A stretch of 64,000 nt of DNA. Source: Caecitellus pseudoparvulus (Eukaryota > Protista > Bigyra: Bicosoecida). The notes beneath the pieces were generated by a model, which was not told the DNA's origin, made no database searches, and saw only the letters and a list, made by a program, of their open reading frames with translations. The position numbers and the translations under genes are program-made. The DNA lies in contig CBFFRQ010000042.1 of the NCBI GenBank assembly GCA_965644315.1, positions 496,001 to 560,000 on the forward strand. Reading direction: 5' to 3'. Shown here in pieces: positions 45,238 through 57,400 of this stretch (position 1 is the stretch's first letter; every line of letters begins with the position of its first letter).

Positions 45238-48200
45238 CTATTCGCCTCCCTCCTTGCTGCCCTCAGCTGCAGCGCCCTCATCAGAAGGCTCAGTGTCACC
45301 CACTTCCCCCGCCGCGGACGACTCTGCAGCCTCAGCACTGCTCGCCTCTGCCGTACCATCCTCAGTCTCAGCGGCGTCATCCTGTGCAGTCTCACTTGGT
45401 GGACCATCGCCCTGGGGCGAGGCGACCTCGCCCGTGGCGCCGGGCTTAGGCGCCGCGTCCTCCTCTGCCTCGGCACCTGATGCGCCCTCTGAGGCTGCCA
45501 CCTGACCATCCTCTTCTTCAGGAGCCTCTCCGGGTCCCTCCTGCACTTGCACATCACTTGGCTGCACCGATGCGTCTGCTTCGGCCTCTGCTCCTGCACC
45601 CCCCGAGCCGTGCTCGACATCCTCTGCTGCGCTGGCATGCTCGCCCTCACCCTGGCCTGCCTTGCTGGACCCCAAAGGGGGAGCACCGGGCAGGGCCTTC
45701 CCGTGCGAGAAGGCGCCACAACTCAGCCAGTCCACACAAGTGAGGGGGGTGCGCTGGTGGCTGCGGCGCCAGCGCTGAGCCTCCTGGCAAGTGTAGGCGG
45801 CGAACACGAGTGCCAGCACCAGGAACAAGGTCAGCAACGCGGCAGATGACCCGACTTCGGCATTGTACCGCCCGGTGTTGAGGGTGCCGTCCACATCCAC
45901 CGCGTCATAGACCCTGCCGTTCAGACAAACCTTGCCGGGCGTGTTGGTGCCGGCAGCAGCGGCTGCAGCTGCCTCGCCAGGCAGACACTCCATGCACTTG
46001 TGGTTGACACACACGCCCTCCCACAGGGCTGTGCGCACTCGCCCTTCCACGCTCAGGTACGCACCTGAGCCATCAGCAGCAGCTGAGCCAGCCAAGGCCA
46101 GCACTGCGCCCAGTGGCGGCGAGGCGTTGTAGAAGCGGTACTCCCCACAGCCACCCAGCGTGCCCTCCGCAAAGTCGCTGTCGCCAGGGTTGCCCTGCAC
46201 CACCAGGTTGGCGCCTGTGTAGCCTGACACTCCGGGCGCCAGGCCAGGCTTCAGGGACCCCGCCGGAGTCCGGTACGCCACGCCTGGGGCGCAAGCCTTG
46301 CCCACCACGTCGCTGCTCTTCTCCCGGCAGACGCCCCGGCGATTGGCGGAAGGTGCGTCACATGTGTACCAGTTGGGGTATGACCCCGGGTTTCCGTCAC
46401 ACAGGCCGTCATCCAGCCAGCAGAACTGCCCATCGGGGCACTGGTTGTCAGCCATGCACTCCACGCAGCGCGTGGATGGGATGCGCAGCCCCCGCCACGC
46501 CGTGGGAACCACCTGGCAGTTGGCGAAGCGGGTGTAGGCATCGATTTCCTCGCTGTTGTCACTCTCCTTCATCTGAACGTCCTTGGCGGGGTGGTCGTTG
46601 TGAGAGTCCACGAGGCAGGCGGAAGCAGTCCCGCACTGTCCATGTGGGGAAGACTGGCGCCAGCGCACCGCGCCGATCGTGAGATTGTTGCTGCCGCAGA
46701 CGTGTCCGGTGGGGCCCTGGTACAGCGTGTCTGGCACTGCCCCGATGCGGAGGAAGAGGTACACGTGTCGGGCCTGCTGCACATCCGGCAGCAGGTCTCC
46801 CTCGTGCGGGACGCTGTTGGAGACGGGGTCCCACCAGAATGTCTGCACCAGGCTGCGGGGCCTGGAGCTGCCCTGCTCCTCGGCTGGCGTCGCGGCGTAT
46901 GGCATGTAGGCAAAGGCAGACGTGGAGGGGCCCCATGGCTGGCTGTGTCCGTTGGGGTGGGCACCCCGCCCTGCGCCCCCTGCGCTGCCAGTGTAGTCAG
47001 CTGCCACCTGCACCTCCCACAGGGGCGTGCAGGCAGGTCGGATGGGCGGTTCACGGGGCAGGTGCATCATGATGTTGCGGTTCACCAGGTCCGAGAAGGA
47101 CAGCTCCCCCCGCCACCAGTCGGCGTTGGCTTTGACCATCAGCGTCGCGAAAGGGGTGTTGTCTGCCAGGATGCGCTGGGGCGTCTCCTCGTCCTCTGGA
47201 AGGTTCGTGGTGTTCCATTGGTCTGCGTAGGCAGGGTCGGCATTGCGCAGGGTCAGGGGCCCTGAGAACAGCCGGTCTGCGTCAGCAGGGTCAGCGCTGA
47301 AGAGGAGGGGGTACTCCACCAGCTCCTCCACCGTCAGCGTGACATCCCAGAAGGGGCCAGCTGTGGACCAGTCGAAGTCTTGCCCGTACGTGGACATGTC
47401 AGTGAGGGGTGGCACAGTCACGCTGACAATGCCTTGAGCGCTGGAGGTCAAGGCTTGCCCTGTGAAGTCCAAGGGCATGTCCCACGTCACGCGCAAGCGG
47501 CCATCCTCGACGACCTTGGTGATGGTGAAGGCGCGGTAGTACTGGTAGGGGAAGGAGTGCCCAGCAGCCTGGGGGGTGGGGATGGTCATGGTGGCATTGA
47601 GGGAGGTGGGAGTCCACCCAGAAGGGGTGGAAATGCTCCAGGCGCTGTCGGGCAGAATGGCGCCGGGCGCCGACACCTCCACAGCCAGGCGCAGACCCTG
47701 CACCGCGTAGCCCACCCGGGCGAACTCGTCGCCCAGGCGGAACTGCACGGTACCGCCAGGCTGTAGAGCGTTCACGGTCGTCGCAGAGGTGGTGCCGGTG
47801 GCGGACGGCGTCACACGTGGCACCGGCGGCACGAGGGAGCTGCCCACTGGCAAGGCGGCCGGCACGTTGGCCAGTGTCTGGGGAATGACGCGCCACAGGA
47901 GGGCCACGTGCTGGCGAGGAAAGCCGGCAGGGTTAGGGTTGTGCATCCACAGCACGTTGTGCCCTGGGTGTGGCACCGTGTCGGCGCTGTAGGAGTACAC
48001 GAAGGTGTTGCTGAGGCCAGCACCAGCGGCAACGGTCGCCGTGCGCATGTGCCACGTCCAGGGATCTCGCGCCCGGACGCTGGAACTGTCGTTGAAATCC
48101 ACTGCATGGGATCCTATCTGGCCTTGTCTGAAAGTTGGGGAAGCAGAGAGCCGCAAGTGTCGGGGAGGGCGAAGGGTGTGCAAGCTTGCCGCTGAAACTC

Positions 48201-48685
48201 ACTGGGGCGTCACCAACTGCACAGGTGGCGCCGCGGAAACGCGCCATCGGACATCCGAAGCATCTCCAATGGATGGAACTTGACGTCGGTGGTTGTACGC
48301 GACAAGCTGCAGCGCCCACGCACAATGAGGTGCAGCACACACGGTCGAACAGAGGCAACTCGTCGCAGCGACACACCTGGAGCACAAGCCCTTCCCACGC
48401 CGAGGGCCATTCCACTGGGAAGGTCAGCGTGTCGCTGGCGGCGACTGGGATCTTGAAGCAAGACCAGTCCTCGCTTGTGGCTTCGCTGCGGGGAACCGTC
48501 GTGTCCAGCGCCCAGCTGGCTGAAGTCTCACACGCGGAGATGTCAAAATGCCGCTCTGCACAGCCGGAGGGAGCAGGGGGGCGTGTTTTCAGGGCTGCTA
48601 AAGTGGGGGACGCAGACAACGTACGGGCAGAAGCCAATGCCAAAAGCGTTGCGCCAAGGAGCGCCCCTAGGAGCCCTCCGTGCAT
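45238..48685 (-). CDS. Type I cell-surface protein with Cys-rich domain and acidic tail (paralog B, 3 exons)
   Basis: Signal peptide MHGGLLGALLGATLLALASA; collinear similarity to 36443..39276; CVECMADNQCPDGQFC...CGEYRFYN...LWEGVCVNHKCMEC..VCLNGR; TM AALLTLFLVLALVFAAY; E/A/G-rich tail. Confidence 0.85.
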
Positions 48686-49021
48686 GGTGACAGGCGCCAG
48701 GAGACGGTGCGTCGGCGGCGCCGTGGGAGCCGCGTGTCACTCTGCTCTGAGTGCACGCTGCACTTCAGAGAGACGGACCATGGGGCCAAGGTCCAAGTAA
48801 ACAAAAAGGTTTTCTGGCTCGTGGCGCATGTGAATTGCACTGCCGCCGCAAAGTGCCTGCTGCAACTTGGCAGGTGACGCACGGCGCAAACTGATGGTGG
48901 GAGAGCGTCCTCGAGGTGCAGACCTTCAAAGCCCGGCACCAGCCCCGGCACAGCCCACACCAGCAACCTAGATGTACAGTGTGAACTCCAGCTTGATGCA
49001 GGTATCAGGCCTGCCACAGTG

Positions 49022-49948
49022 CTACTCTGCCTCTCCCCCTGCTGCGTGCAGCAGCATGGAGCGTGCCGCCTCGTAAACTGCAAGGGCCGGGCCGACGCTG
49101 ACGGCCACCTTGGCGAGGGCTGGCAGCAGCCCGCGGTACAGGCCACGCACACCTTCGTGCGCGACAGTGTCCTTGAGGCAGTGGGTCAGGCCAGAGTAGG
49201 TCCCCTGCCCTGGCTGCAGGCCCAGGTGCTGGCGCTGGGCGGGAGGGAGGGACGACACCTGCAGCCGCTTGCGGGCAGTGTCCAGGGGGTACGTCACCAC
49301 CTTGGCTGCGAGGCCGGAAAGAGTGCCAGCCACACTGCCCACAGTGGCAGCTTGCGTGGTATCGGGCAGCACCCCCTGCCGCCCTGCAAGCCACCCCCTC
49401 ACGGGTTCGTAGCACGCGAAGAGCACCGCATTGGAGGGCAGGACAGAGGCCAAGGCGGGGGACATGCCGTGGAACAGGCCTGCCACGCCGTGCTGCTGCA
49501 CTTGGGAGGTAAGAATGCGCAGCAGGCGGGGGCTGGCGCCTGCATCGGCCACCGTGCGTGTGCGCAGGAAGTCCAGGGGGTACGTCACAGCGGTGGCTGT
49601 GAGCCCAGCTGCCGCGCCAGCAGCACTGAGCAGGACACTGTGAGCTGCACCCACAGGCGCCTCTGGGAGAGCTTGCTGTAGAGCACGGTAGATGGGGAAC
49701 TGAACCGATGAGTACGTGCTCCAGAGCAAGAGGCCGGGCAAGTTGCCACGCCAGAGGCCCAGAAGGCCACCCTGCTGCACGGCTGCTCTCAGCTGCTGCG
49801 CCAGGCCATGCGAAGGCGAGTGCGACAGCTGTGCTCGGATCTTTACGACGTCGAAGGGCGCCACTAGGGTTCTGGACACAGCTCCAGACAGCAATCCTGC
49901 GACAGCTTCTGTGCGCGCTGATGGGCGTGGGCGGGAGCCGCCTTCCAT
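49022..49948 (-). CDS. Mitochondrial carrier (SLC25), thiamine pyrophosphate carrier-like
   Basis: Three carrier signatures: APFDVVKIR, YPLDFLRTR and YPLDTARKRLQ. LWRGNLPGLLLWSTYSSVQF resembles TPC1/SLC25A19. Confidence 0.85.
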   Translation of the reverse strand: MEGGSRPRPSARTEAVAGLLSGAVSRTLVAPFDVVKIRAQLSHSPSHGLAQQLRAAVQQGGLLGLWRGNLPGLLLWSTYSSVQFPIYRALQQALPEAPVGAAHSVLLSAAGAAAGLTATAVTYPLDFLRTRTVADAGASPRLLRILTSQVQQHGVAGLFHGMSPALASVLPSNAVLFACYEPVRGWLAGRQGVLPDTTQAATVGSVAGTLSGLAAKVVTYPLDTARKRLQVSSLPPAQRQHLGLQPGQGTYSGLTHCLKDTVAHEGVRGLYRGLLPALAKVAVSVGPALAVYEAARSMLLHAAGGEAE

Positions 49949-50207
49949 GGCACGGGGCGTGAAACGAAGGCGAAACGTCAGCGCTGCTTCTTCGACACAG
50001 CCGGCGAGTGTGTGGCGCGCGGCGAAACACAGCAGAACTGGGGCAAGATAACCAATGCAAGGAGGCAGCAGGCCAAGCCTGCGCTGACCCACACCTGATC
50101 TTCCATGGCCGGACACGCCACGAGCTGGAGCAGCGAGCCCCTGATGCAGGTGCCAGAGGCCGGTGCACTCGGTGTTCATTAGGATTTGCCTGGCAGTGGA
50201 AGTGGCA

Positions 50208-53200
50208 TCAGCCTGTGATGCTGCTTGTGCCCCCTCCAGTGCTGGCAGGCCCAGGGGGCGGTCGAGGAGGGGGGGCTGGCCCCGCCGCCTCCACCAAGTT
50301 CCCTTCCACACTCGCCTGCAGGTGTGCCGGCTCCGCGCTGTGCCGCCGGCGCTGCTTGGACCGCTGCGCCGCCCTGCCCGCAGGCTCGGAGCGGGGCGAA
50401 GCGGCCGCAACCTCCGCACTGAGCGCGCCCCCTGACACATTCAGGGTGGGGTACCGCGGTGGCGCCGTCAAGCCGCCCGGTGACGCGGAGCTCGTCATGC
50501 CGTGCAGAGCTGAGCGCGTCGCACGCAGCGCTGACTTCAGGTCTGCCACACGCGCCTCCCGCGCACGCAGCCGGGTTTGGTGCCTGTCCAGGGACTGCTC
50601 GAAGGACCTCGCTTCGGACACTGCCGTTTCGGCTCGGGCTCGCTCCTTGGCAAGGGCGGCGTCGGCAGACTGAGCCGTCGTGAGGAGTTCCTGCCGCAGG
50701 GCACGGACTTTGCCGGCAAGAGACTTCACTTTCGCCTCTGCAGCCAAGGCACGGGGGCGCCACTTGCCCTCCACCGCTGCCTCCGCGGCAGCCACCGCCT
50801 CCTTCGTGTGTGCAGCAGCAGCGGCGGCGGCAGCATCCGCCGCTGCTTCGGTGCGCTGCAGCTCACGCTGTGCGTCTGCGAGTCGCTCCTGCAGCACTGC
50901 AGTGCGGGTGGTGTCTTCAGGAGGGGGTGCAGCTGCAGCAGCAGCTTGTGCAGCGGCCAGTTGAGTCTGCAAGTGAGTGACCTGCGCTTGGAGGGTCTGC
51001 GAGGCTGGGAGTGCGTCGCTGGCCTGGGTCAGTGCCTGCATGCCCCTTGCAAAGACGTCTGGCTCAGGGCTCAGCAGTTCCTGTGCAGCTCCGTGCGGCA
51101 AGTCGGCGATGCTGCAGGCGCTGTCCACGACACGGGTGAAGCGCCTGAACATCGTGCTGAGGCGAGTGCCCGCTTCCTCCACCTGCTCTTGCAGCTCAGC
51201 CAGCTGGCTGTCTGCAGACTGCTTGCGTTGCTGGGCGAGGCCAAGGTCACTCTGCGCCGTTGCAAGCTGGGCTGCCGCGGTGCTGGCTGCCGCCTTCGCC
51301 CCCGCCAGCTCCTCCCGCACCGACAGCAGGTCGCGCTGGGAAGCGTCTAGTTTCTGCTGCAAGGCTTCCAGGCGCTGCTGCGCGATGTCAGCTGCTTCGC
51401 TAGCTGCTTGCGAGGCTTCCTCCTGGACGCTGCGCAGCTGGGCAGCGTGCTTGGCAACTGCTGCCTCCTCCGCACCTCGCGCAGCTGCCTGCACGGCAAG
51501 GGTGGACTCCCGCGCTTGCTTGGTGTGCAGGGTGTGCATGCTGCTGCACAGCGCATGCAGCGCCACGGCCAGGTCGTGTGACACGCCGGACACTTGCCCC
51601 TGCACCTCACCGCGCAGGGCGGAGCAAGCCCCCTGCACCTGCCCCACACCCTGCACCAGCTTTCGCAGGGCCCCACGCTGACGGCTCACACTAGCTGTCT
51701 GCGTGCGCTGGGCCCTCTCTTCTTGCGCTTGCAAGGCAGCCTTGGCCTCTTGCAGTGCTGTGGCAGCCTGCGCCTCCCCCTCTTGTGCCTCTTGCAAGCG
51801 GGTGGTGAGGGAGGCGCACTGCGCCTCGGCAGTGCTGGTCGCCGCACACGCTGCTGCTGCCTCTCGCCGGGCACCATGTGCGTCCTCCCGAGCCTCCGCT
51901 TCCAGCTGCCTGCTCCGCGCCAGGGCAGCTTCTGCCTCCTCTGCGCGGCCTGTGGCTTGCTGCACTGCCGCTCGCAGCTCCGGCACCGCCTTGGCCAGCT
52001 GCGCCTCGGCAGCCTCGGCCCGGGCAGTGGCGGCCGCCGCCTCCTCCTCGGCGGCCCGCACGGCCTGCTCCAAGGCCACCATGCGTGCTGCTGTGCCGCC
52101 TGCCGCCCCCACCTCCCGCAGGCGCCCCTCATAGTCGGTCTGCTGCTCCGCCAGCTGCTTGCTCAGCTGCGCCCGGCGTGCCTCCGCATCAGCCACCTCC
52201 TGCTCCAGCCGGCCCTGCGTGCGCTGCAGCGCCTCCACCTGCGCCGTCGCGCCCGCCAGACTGGAGGCCAGCTGAGACGCCTTGCTCTGGGCAGCTTCGG
52301 CGGCAGCCTCTGCCGTCTCAGCACGACTTCGCAGCGCGGCCAGGTCCCGCGACGCCGCGTCAGCACGCTCCTCGGCACTGGCCGCCTTGGCCCGCAGGGA
52401 GGCGATGGTGTGCTCGCTCGCCTCCGCGCTGCTGCGCATGCGGGTGAGCTCTGCGTCGTGCTGGGACGACAGCGCCCGCCGCGTGGCGGCCTCAGCCTCC
52501 CGCACGGCCGCAGCCTGGGCACTGGCGGCAGCCTGGGCGAGGGCCGCCTCCCGCTCCGCCAGCGCCGCCTGGTGCTGCTTGCGCGGTAGCCACGTCTCCC
52601 GCATGTCTGCCAGCTGCTGCGTGGCGGCGTCGGCGCGCTCCTCGGCAGCCTGGGCCGCCTGTGTCAACTGCCCCAGGCGGCCCGTCATGAGCCCCTGGTA
52701 CTCCTCACGCAGGGCGGCGGACAGCTCCTTGGCCTGGTCATGGGCCTGGGATGTCAGTGCGGACAGGCGCTCCTCAGCTGCCGCTGTGTCAGCCTTGCTG
52801 CGCTGCAGGTCGGACTGCAGACGGGCGTGACTCTCCTGCAGTGCCTCCAGCTGCGCCGAGGCACGCACACCAGCCTCTTGCGCCGCCTGCAGTCCCTCCA
52901 GCCGCTGCTGCACTGCGCTCTCCCGCTCCTGGGACCCCTCCAGCGCACTGCGCAGTCTGTGCGCCTCGTGCTCCGCTGCCTGCTGCCGAGACACCGCCTC
53001 TGCAGCGCTTGCCGCAGCAGAGTCGCGCTCAGCTTGCAGCTTCCGCAGCGCTGCAGCGTGAGCTTCCGACTGCTCCTTCAGCAGAGACTCAACGCGGTCT
53101 CCCAAGGAAAGGTACTTGCCTTGCAGTGCAGTCTGCGACGCCTCCGCTTCCGACAGGCGCTGCTGCAGTGCACTTGCGCGCTCCGCCTGCCCCCTCAGCT

Positions 53201-54332
53201 GAGCCACCTCCTGCTGCAGCGCAGCACACTGCCCCTCCAGGGACGGCACTGCCGCAGCACGCTGCTTGGCTGCGCTGAGGGCGCTCTCAGATGCCTCTGC
53301 TGCTGCCAACGCCTGGGAGAAGCGCGCTGACAGTGCCGCCATGCGCTGCCGTTCGTCCTCCAACGCGTCAGCCAACGCCACGGCGCGCTGTGCCGCAGCG
53401 CGCTCCGCCTCGCCCGCCTCCCGCACGCTGTGCTGCATGTCGGCCAGTGCTTCACTCAGTTGCTGGATCTGCGCGTGGGCTTGCTGCCGAGCGGCCACGG
53501 CAGCGTCCCGCTCCGCCCGGGCGCTGGCCAGGGCGGTGGACAGCTCGCTGCGCTCCTGGGCCGTTTCTTCCAAGGCACCCTGCAGGGACTCCAGGCGCTC
53601 CTGAAACAGCTGCCCCTCACGCTGCCTGGATGCCGACGACTCCTGCAGTGTCGCCTGCAGGTGCTGGGCAGAGGAGGAGGCGCTGCTGCGCTCAGCGTGC
53701 AGCGCGGAAGTCAAGCTGTCAGCGTGGCGCTGCAGGGCCTGCACTTGGGCCGTGGACACTGCCAGGCGCTCCATGAGGGTGTTTATGGTGTCTTCTTGTC
53801 CTTTGCGGAAGGCGTTGTCCACGATCTCCTGCACTCGACCCTGTGCAGTGCGAGCCCAAGTGCCCAGATGCCGTGCGCTGCGCCAGAGCCCAGGCGTTGC
53901 GCTCCCTGCGCACCTTGACATACACCGCTGTGCTGGGATCTTCCTGCAGCACCTTCACCGCTTCATCGATGTTCATGTCATTGATGACTTGCTGGACCTG
54001 CGGGTGCAGTGGCGGCTCACGCGGGCTTCGTCAGGAATGGATGCATGCGACACCCGTTAGCAGTCAACTTCCGCACCTGACCCAGCAGCCCTGCCAGGCG
54101 CTCCTCGTACGCCGATCGCAGCGCATCGAACTTGTCCCTCGCGATAGCCTCGGCAGAAATGGAGCGAGTCTCCACCAACGTCACCTGCGAAGGCACACAT
54201 GCGTGCTTGCGCCAGTGCACCGCACGGTGGCACGCTGGCGCCTGCTCGCACCAGTTGGCCAAATGGCATGGTGGAGGATTCCGCGCCTCCGCGCGCGCCG
54301 GAGACGCCACTGGCATCGTGCGCCACTGCCAT
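50208..54332 (-). CDS. Long coiled-coil protein (4 exons)
   Basis: More than 1100 aa of A/E/Q/L/R heptads. The 5' exons (ARDKFDALRSAYEERL..GQ|VQQVIND..LQEDPSTAVYVK|GRVQEIV) are joined by GT-AG introns. Start approximate. Confidence 0.75.
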
Positions 54333-54430
54333 GGCGGTGCATTTCCCGCTGTGGCGGGGGGAACAGTTCCTCGCCGAGCTCTGGCCTTCTTCAGTGTGGC
54401 TGGAAGCCGCCAATGCCGCCTGGCCCTGCC

Positions 54431-57400
54431 TCACCGACGCGGCGCCTTGGCCCGAGAGGGCCCAGCCCGCTCTCCGCCGGCAGTGGTGGGGCGTGGGCGC
54501 TTCACACCCCCCCCTCTCTCGGCCGTGGTCTGCCCTGTCCCACTGCCCACTGCCGGCAGAGGTGCAGCCTTGGGGCGATGCCCGTGCGCCCAGCCCACGT
54601 GTGTGGCTGCGTGGCGGTGCAGGGTGGAGGTGCTGACGGCCAGCGAGTAGCCGTAGTCAAAGGTCAGCTCCGTGTGGGGCGCGATGCCGGTGAGTGCGAA
54701 GATGCCCACAGCCATGTCGTGGTCCCGCACCCTCACCACCCGCGCCACGCAGTTGGGGTTCGCAGAGTGGTTGGCGAAGCGCAGCTTGCACCCCCTGCGC
54801 GTCGCGTCCAGGCACTGCCCGTCGTTCAGGTGGAAGATGTAGCTGCGGTTGCGGTGGTCGTAAATGCTGCCCCGCCGCTCCGCCTCCAGCTGGGAGATGA
54901 CCTCGCCACTGTACGTGCCGATGAGCTGCCCGGCCGCGACTCGCTGCAGGGCGAAGAGCCCAAAGCCAGCGTGAGGGATGGTGCTGCGCGCCACCTTGGT
55001 GTGTACACGCCAGCCCAGCGTCATGCTGGCATTCCCGCAGTCGGCGCGTGCCCTGCCCTCTGCCCCTCCCTGCAGCCGGGCTAGCAGCGCACCCTGCACC
55101 TCTGCACTCCACTGCGGGCAGGCGGCGGCCCGTTGCTGGCTCTTCAGAGCGTGGTGCCTTGTGACCTGCTGCGCAGCGGCGGCGGCGGCCTGCAGAGCGG
55201 CCGTCGCAGTTGCGCCCTGGGGCAGGCGGCAGTGGCCCAGGCCGGCCTGGCAGGGCTCGTGCTGGGCACAGGCGCACAGGTCGGGGTCGCACTCCCGCTG
55301 GGCCATGCGGCAGGTGCAGCGCGGCCCACACCCGCCCTCACCGCAGTCGCAGCCCAGGAAGCGGCGGGGGCACTCCAGCCAGCAGGCGCAGTGCTTGGAG
55401 CACATGACCCCGGCGTCTGCACAGGGACAGGGCCAGTCCACGTTGCCAGCCCTGCATGGGCCGGGGTGTGCGCACACGGTCGGCGCAGGGCTGCTGGGGC
55501 CAGGCGCGGGGGACAGGCGCGCCTGCCACCGCAAGCAGGCGTTGTGCAGGGACCCCTTGGGCGGCTTACGGTGGCCCCGCAGCACCTTCAGCTGGGAGCG
55601 CATGGTCACTGGAGTGGCGTGGTGAGGCAGGAACACCGCGTCGCTGGGCAGGCAGCCGGCAGTGCCCCAGCGGGCACCAGGCCCCCCACTCACTGCCACG
55701 GCACCGCATGTGTCCTGCACCATCTGAAGCCGCAGCACAGCTTGGGCGCGGACCTGGTGTGGGCGGCAGCCCTCCTCGGTAGCACGGCGCAGGCCTGGCT
55801 GCGAGGCAAGGCCCTCACCCGCCTCATCCTCCGATGCGGCGGCCAGCAGGCGGCCGACAGGAGAGGTCGGTGCCACCCCTGCCCCGTGCACGAGCGCCAG
55901 CAGGTGGCGTGTGGCGGGTGTCAAGGGGGTGTGGGGGGGCGGCACGGCACAGGTGCTGCCCCACACGTCTGCCGCTGCAGTCCAGGGATGATTGGCCACC
56001 CACACGTGCAGCCCCAAGGATGCAGCCGCCACCGCCACGCGCCAGCACGGCACACCCATCAGCTGTGCCAGGGCACACACACAGCCGTGTGCGAGAGGCT
56101 GCACGTGGTGCAGCAGGTGCAGGTGCAGTGAGGAGAGCGGTGCTGCTGGGCTTGGTGGGTGGGGCGTGTCGGGGCGTGCGCGTGGCTTAGGGCGTTGCCT
56201 GCCCACTTGGCTTGCGTGCACGAAAGGTTCGCGAGCAGTGGGCGGCGTGTGGGCCCAGGATGCCAAGCGGGCCGACACACCACGTGCTGCTGCGGCAACC
56301 AGCGGACTGCGCCTGCAGGCTGCCCCACCTCCGCCTGGCGTGAGTGCACGGCACTCCTGTGCATGCCACAGAGCACAGTGAGGGCCACAGCCCCCCCCCA
56401 CTGGCACATGCCGGCAGGCGTGGGCCGTGTCGGCACAGGGCTCGTCCCCTCTGCCACCAGCGAGGGTCGCCAAGTGCTCGGTGCCAGACGTGTCTAGTGG
56501 GGGGTACAGCTCATGTGCGCCCAGCACTGTGCGGGTTGGTGGGCCCACCCGCCGTGCGCTGTACACGCTGGGAAGCCTACCAGGGGGGGGGCTGTCCGGG
56601 GTGCCGAAGGGCGCTGGCTTGCCCTGCAACCGTGCAGCCTCGTGCAGGAGGTGGCACACGACGGGCGGCATGTCCTGCGCAAGGCGCCCCCACTGCATCA
56701 AGTGCAGCTGCGCGCTGACTGCCCCGGCACGCTCCACCCGGCGCCGGAGCAAGTCTGCCTGCCTGGCGCTGGGCACTTGCCTCGTTCGCCGGAGGTGTCC
56801 GCAGTCCCCGCTGTCTTGCAGAGGGCACCCAGCATGCAGGCGGGAAGCGTACGTGAAGTCCTGCCTGGAAAGAAGGTTGTGCAAGCCGGCTTGCAGGGCG
56901 TGGGCGGCTTGCACACTGCATGGGGCCGGCAGCACTGCACGGGACACCCCACCACCACCGCCCTGGCTCAGCCCCGCCGCCTGCAAGAGCAGCACTCGAC
57001 GGGACGTTGGCTGGGGCGCCAGTTGGTCAGGCAGCACGACACGGAAGTCGGGGCCTGACACCAGGTCCATGGTGGTGAATCGGCAGCGAAGCGGGGGGGG
57101 TGGCGGCTGCCCTTGGTGCAGTGCGTCAGTAGAGACAGCGTGGGACAAGGCGCACTCTGGCAGCGCCGAGTCGATGCCTGCCCCCCACACCTCGTGGCTG
57201 GCCGCCTCGTGGCGGCGCTGTGACGCCGATGCCCGCCGGTGCAGGGCGCCCAGGCACGCCGGGCCGAAGCGGGAGGCCAGCCACCGGACCAAGGGGGCGC
57301 TGAGGCCATTCTGACGCAGCAGCGCCACGGCAATGAACCCTTGGCGGGCATGGCTCTCCGCGACCGCCCGCTCAGCCGCCAGGTCTGGGCGGACCCGCAT

